From positions 7,564,001 through 7,628,000 of the forward strand of contig CM120640.1 in assembly GCA_051362555.1 (NCBI GenBank): DNA of 64,000 bases, given 5' to 3'. Positions 10,741-23,400 of this stretch are shown in pieces. A program made the translations under genes and the position numbers. The stretch is from Lingula anatina (taxonomy: Eukaryota; Animalia; Brachiopoda). Under the pieces are notes generated by a model that saw nothing but the letters and a program-made list of their open reading frames with translations, was not told the origin of the DNA and did not search any database. The first letter of the stretch is position 1; each line of letters opens with the position of its first letter.

Positions 10741-13700
10741 TTTTGATAGTCTTTTTATCTTAAACCAATTTTTTTGTAGTTTTGTTGTTGTTGTTGTATT
10801 GCCGTGAAAGATTAAAATTTATTGCAGAGCAGTGTAGATAGTGCAGTGGTATGCTGAAGTTCAATGAGAAATAATATGCACAGCAGATATGTAGGGCAAT
10901 GTTATACATAGTAATTGGATAAATTTTGTATGTCTCCAGATTATCCTGATGTCCATATTTGAACATGCCATTATGCCTACATCTAGTTTTGCTTGTATAT
11001 GTTGGTGCTAATTATCTCCTGTTGATTGACAGTGCATCTTTTCATTAAACAAAATTCAAAGACGGCATCAGTATAAATCCTCCTAAGGGAACATAATCCT
11101 AGCACTTTAAGTAAAGATAATTTGACAACAAGAGAGTTGAAATATCATCTGGGTGAGGTGGCTTTAGACAGCTAATATGATACATGCATTTGTATAAGAC
11201 AAACCTTCTTTATATGGGTTAGAGGTTTATTATCAGATAATTATATACTATATTTATGGATAAAAATTTTTACCCATGGTTTACTTACATTAATTGATTG
11301 TGGCAAGTTGTATTCCATACAGAAAAGCTATTCAGTATGAAAGCCAGAGAAAGCTAAAAAGATAAACTGTTCCAGGCCCAGCTTATTGCCCAGTCCATTG
11401 GTCAAGCCTTCCAGGTGGCTTACTTGGAATTCCTGAAGGCCAATGGTATTGATGACCCAGGCCTCCTGAAGGAGATGGACTACCAAGATGTCCTGAACCA
11501 GCAAGAAATATATGGAGAGGAACTAGCCATGTTTACTAATAGAGACAAACAGAAGGAGGTAAGTGTTTTGAAGGGCAAATTGTTTGGTAATTGAATCAGC
11601 ACAGTAATTGTGTTTTTGTTTGTTGTTTGGATGAAAACATAAATTCCTTGTAACTCTAATTTGTTTTTTAATTCTCTCCCTGTCTTTCTCTTAACTCTCC
11701 AGAACACTGTAAATCTCATCAGGGTCACATTTTACAAGGCATCTAAAACTGACAAATGTACAAAAAACCTTTATCACTTTAAATATTAAGGAAGAATTGT
11801 AGATTGGATAACTACACCTGTAATTATGCCTTGCATTTTACACTAAGAAGTTTGAAGGCAAAGAAATATCAATATTTATGCTTTGGTAAAAGAACTGTAA
11901 TATACAACCAATGCCAATATCATTTAAAAAAAAAAAAGAAGAAAAAAAAAACTTTCAGGCTGAGATTTTTTTTTCAAGAATAATCTGATCAAATCTACTT
12001 TCAAACTTGACCTGCATTTAAAAAATACCAAAAAAAATGACAACAAAAAGTTTACGTTTTGCAAGTAACCCCTGCAAGTTTCAGCTAAATAAGAGATGCC
12101 ATCTGGATGACATCTTGTCAACAAGGCCGAAATTTAAAAAAATCAAGAAAGAAAGAGAAAAGAATAATCATATCATGAACAATAAAATGTCCTAAATTTT
12201 AATATTCTGAGGCAATGAGTAGTCACCACAAGTCTGAAGCAAAACAGCAACATCTTTCCATTCATTGTTTAAGAAAAGAAAATGTCTCTGACTTTGGTTT
12301 CGGGTCTCACTTCAGCTCCGACTTCAGCAACACAGATGCTGGTGATGTGAATACATACAAACACTACTCCTAGTTTCGATGCGACAGGTCACTGGACGAT
12401 GTCGTATTTCGATATAATCGATGTAAATGGATTTTCCGCCAGGACAATTATTTTTTCCCCATCGAAAAGATCGAAGAATTACCGTATAATTTGTAAGATT
12501 TGGTGCTGCATACACTTTACTTAGTTACTTAACAGTACATAGTTAATTACTTACCTTAGCAGTATACAAGTGGATTCTTGATGACATTAAATCTCTTTGT
12601 GTTATATAAATATATAACTGATAAAACATAAATAAATGAATAATTTTTTCATTTCTGTGATCTGTAATGTTTTAGGTCATTGTTCCCAAACTGAAGAGTG
12701 AAATCCTGGGTATAGTGATAGTGGAGTCAGGCTGGGGATCTATGGTGCCCACCGTGGTGATAGCCAACATGGCTGCCAACGGCCCTGCAGCCAGATGTGG
12801 ACAACTTAATATTGGAGACCAGATCATATCCATTAATGGTGTCAGCTTAGTGGGATTACCTTTGTCATCTTGTCAGAATTATATTAAGGTAAGTCTCATA
12901 TCGCGGTCAGTTTTTCATATTTTGCCAACTATTAATCATTCTTTCAGTTTTTCTTTTTGGTCAGCTATTTTTGTCTCGTTTTATACTTTTGCTCATAGAA
13001 TCCATAACTTTTGTTTAAATTTTTGTATGTTAATTAGGCAATGTTGATATCAGAAACCAGTGAAACTTTTTCACCTTATTTTGCAATATACAAACTAAAA
13101 GCTACAACCACAGTATAATTACTAGATTATCGATCTCATCTTAAAATTTCAGGCATTAAAATCACAGACAGTGGTCAAGCTGACCGTAGTGTCCTGCCCA
13201 CCAGTGGTGGAAGTGAGAATCAAAAGACCTGATGTCAAGTACCAGCTGGGGTTCAGTGTCCAAAATGGAGTTGTAAGTTGAAAGACATCCAATACCATGA
13301 ATAACAAGATGATATAAATCAGTTACAAAACAACATGATGAATAATAAATTTAAATGCTTCAGTGCCCTAGTTTGTAATCAGGATAGCTGTACCTCTTTT
13401 TTGGCAGAACATAAAGATCATGGTTGAAGTACTTATCCTCTCCCTCTTCCACCCAAACGCCATACATTTGTCTGTTTCCTCTGACTTAAACTATGTGCAT
13501 TTTTCTCCTCTACACAAATAGATCTGCAGTTTGCTCCGGGGTGGCATAGCTGAGCGGGGAGGAGTTCGAGTTGGCCATCGTATCATAGAAATCAATGGAG
13601 AGAGTGTGGTAGCTGTGCCACATGAGAAGATTGTCACCCTGCTGGCAAATGCTATAGGAGAGGTAGGCAAACCTTTTCTTTTTATGGACAGATGCTGTGT

Positions 13701-14077
13701 GTAATCATGTAATTGTCACCTTTTTATGTTAGTTTTTGATGGTGGTTTAAATTTGAAGCTTCAGTTTTCTTAATTGTAAATATTGAAAGGGTAATTTCTC
13801 AAAATGTTGAAGGATGCTTTATGATAATAATCAAGAGCATGTATATTTTGCTCAATTATCTAAAAGCTGTTATAACTACAGGCTTGTCATCTTGGGTCAT
13901 ACCAATTATGTAAGTGCTTTATATTTTTATTGAACTAACAACATAAAAAATGACTTCATATTAAATATGATTGTGGTGTAAAGATGTATAATATCCTCAT
14001 TTCAGCTTCACATGAAAACCATGCCAACAGCAATCTATAGATTGCTTACTGGACAAGAAATCCCTCACTACATATGA
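10107..14077 (+). CDS. APBA: X11/Mint/LIN-10 family adaptor (amyloid-beta precursor protein-binding family A); 3' exons encoding PTB C-half, PDZ1 and PDZ2; 5' exons lie upstream of the window
   Basis: Exons 10107-10193, 10436-10600, 11376-11558, 12676-12888, 13153-13272, 13522-13662 and 14006-14077, all GT-AG and all phase 0. Translation includes [95 protein letters not shown] and ends [21 protein letters not shown]. These are hallmark X11/Mint motifs. Confidence 0.96.
10258..10294. repeat. (AAT)n microsatellite
   Basis: About 12 AAT units in an APBA intron. Confidence 0.9.
10695..10742. repeat. (TATT)n microsatellite
   Basis: About 12 TATT units in an APBA intron. Confidence 0.9.
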
Positions 14078-15645
14078 GCTTAGTGCAAAGCCTGAATGAC
14101 AAGGCAGCATCACATTGGGACATACTGTGTAATAGGAAGAATAGTTCAACGGATGTGAACTCGTGTTGTAAAACAGGGCCATTGCTGTGTTCTTAAGGTG
14201 TACTCAACAGGGACGCTTTGTACAAGTTGTGAGAGAGCCATAGGTGCTCTTAAATGATTTATCCATAGAGATAAACATGTATATATCACCACCTTGAGAA
14301 TATTGTATTCTTGCCACCCAGTTTTATATCTACGCTAATGAAGCTGACAGTACAGCACCTTTTCTTAATGGGCCTGGACTGCCTTGCCAGAATGTGTTCA
14401 ATCACCGTCTGCAATCACATTGCCTTTATCCACTGCAGTGCATGAAGCAGTAAGGCTCCTTGAACTACAAGCAGACCGTACTTCAACTCCTAATTGCCAA
14501 GGACTAAGTGAAGAGACAGAAGGGTCCATTTTTACCCCCAGCCCCCTTCCACCAACTTAAGAGCGGAGAACTATACTCCCTAAGTATATTGTTGAATCAT
14601 CTACCTTGTCATATTTACAATAGCTCATGCTATACAAGTGTTTGTTGTTTATTCAGTGACAGTTAAGGACAATAACTGGACCTGAAAAGAATATTTTACC
14701 TGCTTTTTAGCACCATACTGTAATAGCCGTCTCATTCATGACTTACCCAAGGCAGAGGTGAACTCCAGTACTTCGGTAGAGCTTGGCAGAAAATTTGGTA
14801 GTCACAGGGTAGAACTCTGCATGGAGAAGGAATTTCCAAGATCACACATGAACTCATTCCGACTAGAATCTGGTGAAACAGATTAAAAGTGGCCTGTACA
14901 CTTACATATGGAGAAAAGCTGAAAAAATTGCTTACAATCATTGCTTCCATAATACTTGTAGTTATATGGATTCATTTTATTCAGTGTATTGGTGCTGAAA
15001 GATGATACATGTGGCAAAGCTGAAATTATTAAAGTAAGAAATATATGCTCTCTAAATTGTAACATGTAGTAATTATGTTGGTCTTTGTATTCACTTCAGT
15101 ATACTACTTCAAAAAAGGTGAAGAGTAGTACATGAGAATGTATTTTAGGTTAAATGTCTGAGAAAAGGAAAGATGGATGTTTAGGTATTTATTGCTTTTT
15201 TATGAAGCCTCAAGAATTTGATATTCTTTAAAAAAAGGTTTGTACACAAAGTAAAGAAGGCTTTTGAGTCTTTACTGACTTTTTTGTCAAACACTGTAAT
15301 GCCAATATGTGGAAAATTAGTTTAAATTTGTACCTTTTCGGAGACAAGGTAAACTTTTAAGGTACTTTTCATAATATTATAAGTAAGAAGAAATTGAAAT
15401 CATTTAAGGTAAATGATGTGTATTAACAAATTTACTTTGTTCCAACCAGTATTGATATGTGGTCTTAACAATTTATGGAGTAGTATGCCCTATGGAGATG
15501 TTGTAGTTATGTTATTGCTGTTGTTAGTGGCATATGTGCATTTCCCAAATATATCTCTGATTACCCATCATTTTCTTTGATATAGTGAATGTTACATTGT
15601 TCTTTTTGGGCTTACTGTGGCCCTGTTTAAATTAATTTCATGATA

Positions 15646-15651
15646 AATAAA
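15646..15651 (+). terminator. Candidate polyadenylation signal of APBA (3' UTR ~1.6 kb)
   Basis: AATAAA followed by GT-rich sequence, between the APBA stop and the BLMH promoter. Confidence 0.45.
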
Positions 15652-16877
15652 ATTTAATTAATACATGATGTTGAGAGTTGTAATGTTAAACAGATCCAAA
15701 AACCAGTGTTGTGAAAGAATTGAGCACGTCAGATATGGACATGCCTTTAATTTGTGAACCTTCCATGTTAATCCAAAACACTACCTCTTTATTATAGCAA
15801 AGTTTCAGTTTGAGGGCTGGGGTGACTTTTAAAATCAGGATGGGTGTATGCACATATTAAGAATAATGTTATTTGCCAAAAAGAAAAAAAATAGTTAATA
15901 GTTACTGTAGTAAAGACAAAAACAATGATATCGAAAGTAAAATATTGGATATGGTTAAAAGAAATAATATAAAAGAAGTACTTTCTTTTTCAAATCTAAA
16001 TATCTCTTTCCAGTATGTTAAAATAGTCTTTTTGTTGCACAGTGTATGCACTTGAATGTTTTTCGCAGTGGCTCGGTTATGTCTACATCTAGAATACGTT
16101 TAAAAAATGAAGCTAAACACGTGAATTCTTGCAGTTCCATATCCCTGACGTTGGCCCTAAGAATATTGTTAGCCTTGACAAAAACTCCTCATTCACTACC
16201 TTACACACATTCTTTTTGATAATAGATAAATCTTCAGCATTCATTGACTAAATTAATCAACATTTTAACATAAGTAACATGTCATTATTGTGATTTTGTA
16301 GTAAAAATGGTAAAAATCCGTTTCTCAAATTTATCCTTTACCTGAGCACCACGGACAACTTTTTAATGCCATTTTAATGACACCATTTAGTACTCCAAAA
16401 CCCTGCCAGCGATTTTTCTTAAAAGCTATAGTTCAGACATTTATCGTTGTTTAAGAAAAATAATATTTTTGTTTAATAAAAAACGTTAATGATAAGGGTT
16501 CATAACTTCTAAGGAAAACATTTAAACCAAAATGACGGCACGGGATTGTAACCCATACACTCGTGGTCAACCATTTCAGTTTTCACGATAAAATCTTGTT
16601 CAGGGAAAGCCCCATAGCGATTGCTATCTCACCTCAAAAGAGAAAGGTGTTTTAAAATTGACGATTACTACATGTACAGCATTGAGTTGCCTACGCTTAT
16701 ACTGGGAGTACAATGTAACGAGAAATATAAACGTCGATGTTTTATATTTTCGAGGGGTTTTTATTGTTTAAAATCAGCACAAAGATCGATGCGTTATTGA
16801 ATAATAAGATGCAGGGAAACCCTCATTTCGGTATCTGGATGACATTAAAGGCTTAATGAGGGGCCGAAGGGCTATCC

Positions 16878-16903
16878 AGGTCAAGGTCACCACAGCAAGG
16901 TCA
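16878..16903 (+). promoter_or_regulatory. Cluster of three AGGTCA nuclear-receptor half-sites immediately upstream of the BLMH ATG
   Basis: AGGTCA at 16878-16883, 16884-16889 (forming TCAAGGTCA) and 16898-16903. Function is inferred only. Confidence 0.35.
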
Positions 16904-16905
16904 AG

Positions 16906-17422
16906 ATGGACACCTCTACTGAGGAAGGTATTTATCGGGATAATTGTCCGTTTTCTTTGTGATGTACAAGTTATACACACTCAATCTTTTTGCAGTCTGT
17001 GAACGAGCAACATTTGCTTAATGCAGGCATAGCGTGACTGCTGATGATGGGGTAGCTGAATAAACTGAAAGTGTTGACTAAAAATGTTATGTCATGGTTC
17101 ATCAATGTAGTACAATGTACCAGCATGTAAACGGTGTTGTACGTCTTAGTTGTAGTACTTCCTGCACGTGCCTAATACTCCACGTACATTGTTAAGTTAT
17201 TGATGATTATAGTTTTGTTATTGTGTCTGTCTAGATTGCAACCGCGGTGAATTTTTTCTTGTTAAAATGCACACAAAATTCACGTAATCGCTTCAACCAC
17301 TCAGTCGTGTTGATCGTAGGCACAAGTACATGTAGGTGCTTGACGTCACTCGCAATAGACTCACATGTATTATGAAATGTCATGTATGAAATTTATCACA
17401 AAGGCGCTTCCAATCTTTCTTT

Positions 17423-17467
<45 letters not shown>

Positions 17468-20400
17468 TTTGTTGTATTGCTGCTGTGTGTGTTGTTATGT
17501 ATGTAACACTACAAGTAGTTAAACACACTATTACTTTGAAGGCAAAGTGTGCCTTCAGTCTTCTGGATAATATATAATATATATATCCTTTACTAGTATT
17601 GTATCAGTAATGCCTTTGCAGAGCATTGTGTTTTGTAGAGTTTATTTACTGTTAATTCTTGAAACCTCAGGATGGAGATATGAGGCCATGCTCCATTTTG
17701 TACCAGGTATACTGAGCATGACATTGCAAGGGGGAAAGTACCAGTAGGGGGTGAATTTGAAACCTTTTGCTGATGTTAATTCAGTCTTTGGGCTTGATTC
17801 ATTTTCCAAATGAGTGGTTTTAACAAAGATAACATACTAGTATTATCGTGGTAGGAATTCAACGACATGCTTTTAGTAAAAGATGGGTGTCTGCTAAAAT
17901 ACTGGTATGCTGGCTTGTTAAAGCTAATTGATATATTGTCAGTTGACATGATGATTGATGATGTTACATGATTTGTTTCATAGTACTGAGTTGCTGTTGG
18001 GAGGTAACCTGTATGTTCTAATTTTCATAGGATAATAATGGCAGCATTTTTTAGTTGTAGGAATCCCTGATGCTAATATCCAGAAATATAGAGAGAAATT
18101 TGAGTCAGATCCGAAGAACCTATTGGCACAAAACGTTTGCACTAGACATGATCCTTTTGAAGCTGCTCTGAAGCGAAACAAACTTACTGAACTGAGCAAT
18201 GTGTTTAGTCATAAGGTATGTATGAGTTACACGTCCTATAAACACACTGATATTGATTTAAATTAATACGTTTGTTTTGTGCATGACTTTTGAAAATAAT
18301 AATTATTATACAGATGTTATTCAAAATAATACAGGTAGTCTGACAAATTTAGAGGAGAGAGAAAAAATGTCAATTATATAACAGATATATACAACCATTA
18401 ACACTTGAAACCTAGTATAAGATAAGAGAACACAATATATTAGTATTCACCAGACCTAAAGGGTTGTTTGTTGACTATTTGGAAATTTAGCAATTTTCAG
18501 ATAGTGTATACTTTGATGCTAAAGGGAAGATTATTAAAAAATAATGTATTAATCTTAATTTAAACTAATTTTAATATTTAAATATTTGATATCCTTTATA
18601 TTATATTCCTTTAAGTAGAGGCATGTAATTTGTGTTAGCATTTTCCATCAATCTGTTTACAAGATTTCATTGGAAGGCAAACCTGTGACAAATCAAAAAG
18701 CCTCTGGCAGATGTTGGATCTTTGCACTGTTCAACTGCATGAGGGTGCCATTCCTTAAGGAATACAATATAGAAGAGTTTGAATTTAGTCAAACCCACAT
18801 TTTCTTCTGGGACAAGGTAAGTAACTTTTCGAAAGTAGATGAGCATTTGCACTTATAAACACAAAGGAGAGCATAGTGAAATATTAAAATTATATATATT
18901 TTGCAATTTTTTTTGTGATTGTAACAACTGTAGTCTGCCAGACTCTGCCTTATGGGGCAGACAGACTTTGATAATGGAGAAAAAATGAAAACATTGCAGA
19001 TTGAATGTGTTTGTGATAACTTATTTTAATACACTAACAAATAAAGCTGCAGTTTGTAGAATAGCTCTCATCCAATTAATATGGTATTCTTAAAAACAAT
19101 TTCATTTTAAAGGTTGAAAGGAGCAACTATATGCTCCATGCCTTTTTAGATGCTGCTAGGCGAGGAGAGCCAGCAGACGGACGCCTAACATGCCACCTGC
19201 TGTCAGATCCCATTAATGATGGCGGCCAGTGGAATATGTTGGTCAACATCGTGGAAAAATATGGTGTTATGCCCAAAAAATGTTTCCCAGAGTCCTACAA
19301 TTCAGAGAATTCAAGAAGATTGAACTTTTTGCTTAAAAACAAAGTAAGTATAGGGGTAGCTTTCTTCTTGGTATCTGCTAACTACTGGCTGAGCCTCCTT
19401 TAAAGCATCGTACTATTATAGTAATTATTTGGTCTATGATTTATAAGAGGATATATACAGTGCAATATTTCTCCTATTTGCAAAGGAGTTACCATACTGA
19501 CTTTTTAAACAACATTCCATTTGATTTTAAAATCCATTAAGTAACTGATATTTATATTTTCATCGCAGACTACTGTTTTTCAATATTAGACAATAATCAG
19601 ACTTTTGGAAAGAGTAAAGTCATTGATAAATTAAGACAAATTAATCACCAGAAAAAGGAATAATTTAATTTTAGAACATAAAAGATGTTTACCTTTGCAT
19701 GTAAAGAGTTGAGTTTTAGATTAAATAAATTACAGTAGAGTTTTCATTGTAGCTCAGGGAGTATTGTCACAAGATTTACAAACTTGTAGCTGAAGGAAAA
19801 AGTGATGCAGAAATCCAAGAAGACATAGAAACTATGATGGAAGAGGTACTGCATCTTTGTCTAACATATCTTTTTATTCCTTAAATTAATACATTTAGTA
19901 CTTTCACTTAAAAAAGTAATACTGAGACATATTTATGAAGATTAGGAGAGATGAAGTTGAGCTAATAAACATGCAAATTTAAATTCTGGACTTAAAACAA
20001 TGCCATTCTTCAAGGCTAGGACAAAATACATCACCCCCTTTATATGGGCCCAATTTATGTGAAGGGCCCTTTCCTTGTCACATCCAACAATGTGATAAAG
20101 TTAAGTTCTTATTTTATGAAAAAATATGATATATTCCAATGGATATACATTGTTTGTTTTTTCCTAGATTTACAAAATAGTATCCATCTGTCTTGGCACC
20201 CCACCAGATACCCTAACATGGGAGTACTATGACAAAAACAAAGCTTATCAGAAGGTGGGGCCCATGTCTCCTAGAGAGTTCTATAGAAAACATGTGAAAC
20301 CATTCTTCAACATGGAGGATAAGGTATGAAAACAGAATCTGCGTATAAAAGTAATTGGTGAGATATAAAGAAAAAAATTACGGTACTTTGAATGACTCAT

Positions 20401-23400
20401 AAATATGTATTATCTGACATGGGTGGAACCTAATTATAACCTATCTGATTTATCAGTTGTATTTAAATTTGCTCACTTATTACAATTTTATGCTAAAATC
20501 CAGACAGCTGTCCATTTTAGAAGAAAATTAATTTTATTAATTCCTTTTACTTATTTTAGATTTGCCTTGTGAATGATCCTCGCACAAACCATGGCTACAA
20601 TAAGTTGTACACTGTAGAGTACTTGGGGAACATGTCAGGTAAAAAGGTCCTGTATATCAACCAGCCTGTGGATGTCTTGAAGAAATTGGCAGCAGAAGCA
20701 ATAAAAAATGATGAGGTAGGTCTTATTGTTTTGACCTTGATTATAACAATTTTTCACCAATGAGTGTTGAATTTTGTTTCACCATACTTACTGTTACATA
20801 GGCTGTGAGGTATTGTTGTTATATAAGACCACAGAGTTGTGGGTTTGAACCACTCTGAATGAAATTTTTATCTAGATTCTGTGCCATTCCCCAAAATGAG
20901 TCAGATAAGAGGCTAAAAAAAACAAATACATTTTTAGAAAAATAATCCCTTGTGAAATTGGTTAGTGTTAGTGTTGCATTTTCCGTATCATAAGCAAGGC
21001 ATTTTCTTTGAAAAAAAGTTCAGATTGTATTGTAAGTTTGTATATAATCATCTTAGCCATATGTATAAATTTTTGCAACTCTTGATTAAAACTTCATACA
21101 ATGTGTAAGATTAAATCATTTTTGTTACAATCTAATGGCATATCATAAGATTTTGTTATTTTCTTGTAGCCTGTTTGGTTTGGCTGCGATGTTGGTAAAC
21201 ATTTCCATGGCAAGCTTGGATATCAGGACCTGACCTTGTGAGTTTCCCTAACTGATTACTGTAACTTTTATTATTATTATTATTATCTGTTTATCAAAAG
21301 AAATTCACATTGTGTGTAAACAAACACTACAGTACTGTTACCCTTGTATAGCTGACCCAGCGTCATTACTCTGACACCAGCACTAATACAGTACCACATC
21401 TATGTCTTAAAGGCACTTATTGGCTTACTTTACACTGTGAACAGTGAGCCAAATTTTTTGTAATGAAAAAGGCATGTCTGATAAAAAGAAATTGAATTTA
21501 TTGTATCACATATTTGCATTGGTCTGGTCAAAGGCAAGTAAAGCAAAGAAAAATGTTTGATTCAGTGGTAGTGACTCCCCCCCCCCCCCCCCCCCCAGAA
21601 AAAAAATACAGGGGTCTGATTGGTGTTTTTATGTACAGACACAGATGTGTCTGTACATATTGCCATCACCTGCGTCTGTCGTCGCCGTCGCCGATGCCGA
21701 TGCCGATGCCGATGCCGTCGCCGGCGCCGTGCACTTTCCTTGTAAACACGATAAGTGGAAGGCAGTTTCACTTTTTGGCTTTATATTTACAGAGCTGATG
21801 AATATTCATAAAACGCAGGTCAAGTTTGAAAATCAGCATGATCGGGCCATTATTGTAGAAGTTATGCTGTTTTTTCACTTTTCAGCATATATGCAACCTT
21901 GTAAACACATTTCAAGGAAAACCGTTAGGCTTGTTGTCACGAAACTCACAGGAGTAATCAATCTTACTAAAACGCAGGTCAAGTTCGAAAATCAGCATGA
22001 TCTGGCCACTATTTTAGTAGTTATGCGGTTTTTTCATTGTTCAGCATATATGCAACACTGTAAACACAATATAAGAAAAACAGAAAGCCCAATTGTCATT
22101 AAATTCACAGGAATGGTCAGTCTTACTAAAACGCAGGTTGAGTTCGAAAATCAGCATAATCGGGGCATTATTTAAGAAGTTATGCTGTTTTTTCACATTT
22201 CCTCAGATTTCCTCAGATTTAATTCTTAGGCATCTTAAAAGCCTTATTATTTAAGTAATAAGATACGTAAAAGTGTTTGTTTGACATTTCCTGCATCTTT
22301 ACAACATTGTTAGTTGATTATATAAAAATGATGGTAAACTTGTTATCATGTATTGTGTAATCAAGTGTCAAAAACGGAAATAAACTCATATCATTGCAGT
22401 TTGTCAGATTCAATCATCCACTATGTTCAGAATCTCAGAATGGAGGAAATTGGACATTTAACACTGTTCTATTGATACTTTTCTCATCTCATCAATTTTC
22501 TTAGTTGGTCATAAAAAAATGGCAGTAAAATGTTTATTTTGTTTTATGTTAAAAAAGTGTTAAAAACGGAAATAAACCCATGTCAGAACAGTGCTGTCTT
22601 GTTTCACATTTCCTCAGGTTCAATTCTTAGGCATGTTAACAGTCTCATTATTTAACTAATAAGACATGTTAAAGTGTTTGGTTGACATTTCCTGTATCTT
22701 TACAACATTATTAGTTGATTATGTAAAACTGATGGTAAACTTGTTATCATGTATTGTGTAATAAAGTTTCAAAAATGGAAATAAACTCATATCATTGCAG
22801 TTTGTCAGATGCAATCATTCACTATGTTTAGAATCTCAGAATGGAGGAAATTGGACATTTAACACTGTTGTATTTATATTTTTCCCATCTCATCAATTTT
22901 CTTAGTTGATCATATAAAGATGGCAATAACCTGTTAATTTTGTTTTATGTTTAAAAAATTGTTAAAAATGGAAAAAAAAAACATTTCAGAACAGTGCTGT
23001 CTTGTTTACATTTTGGCATTTTCAAGTTGTGACTTTGAAGTTCCATATGGGCCTGAAGACCTTTGCTAGTCACATTTTCTGAATATCCATGATACTAATA
23101 TTTTATTATTAAAATTGATGGTCATTATGCTGTTAAACATTATGTAATATTGCATCAAAATTTGAAAAAAAACCTATTTTGGGCACTGCTCCCATGATGA
23201 CCATTTAAGAAAAACAATGTCACTTACTGTTCTCAAACAGTACAGTAAATATGTACAGATGTGTCTGTACATATTGCCATCACCTGTATGTGCCGTCGCT
23301 GCCGTCACTGTCGCCGGCGCTGGCGCCGTGCACTTTCATTGTAAACATGATAAGTGGAAGGCAGTTTTACTTTTTGGCTGTATGTTTACAGAGCTGATGA

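Noticed and set aside
20800-20860. tRNA gene (B-box-like GGTTTGAACC)
   Set aside because: No cloverleaf can be formed; at most a decayed tRNA-derived SINE fragment.
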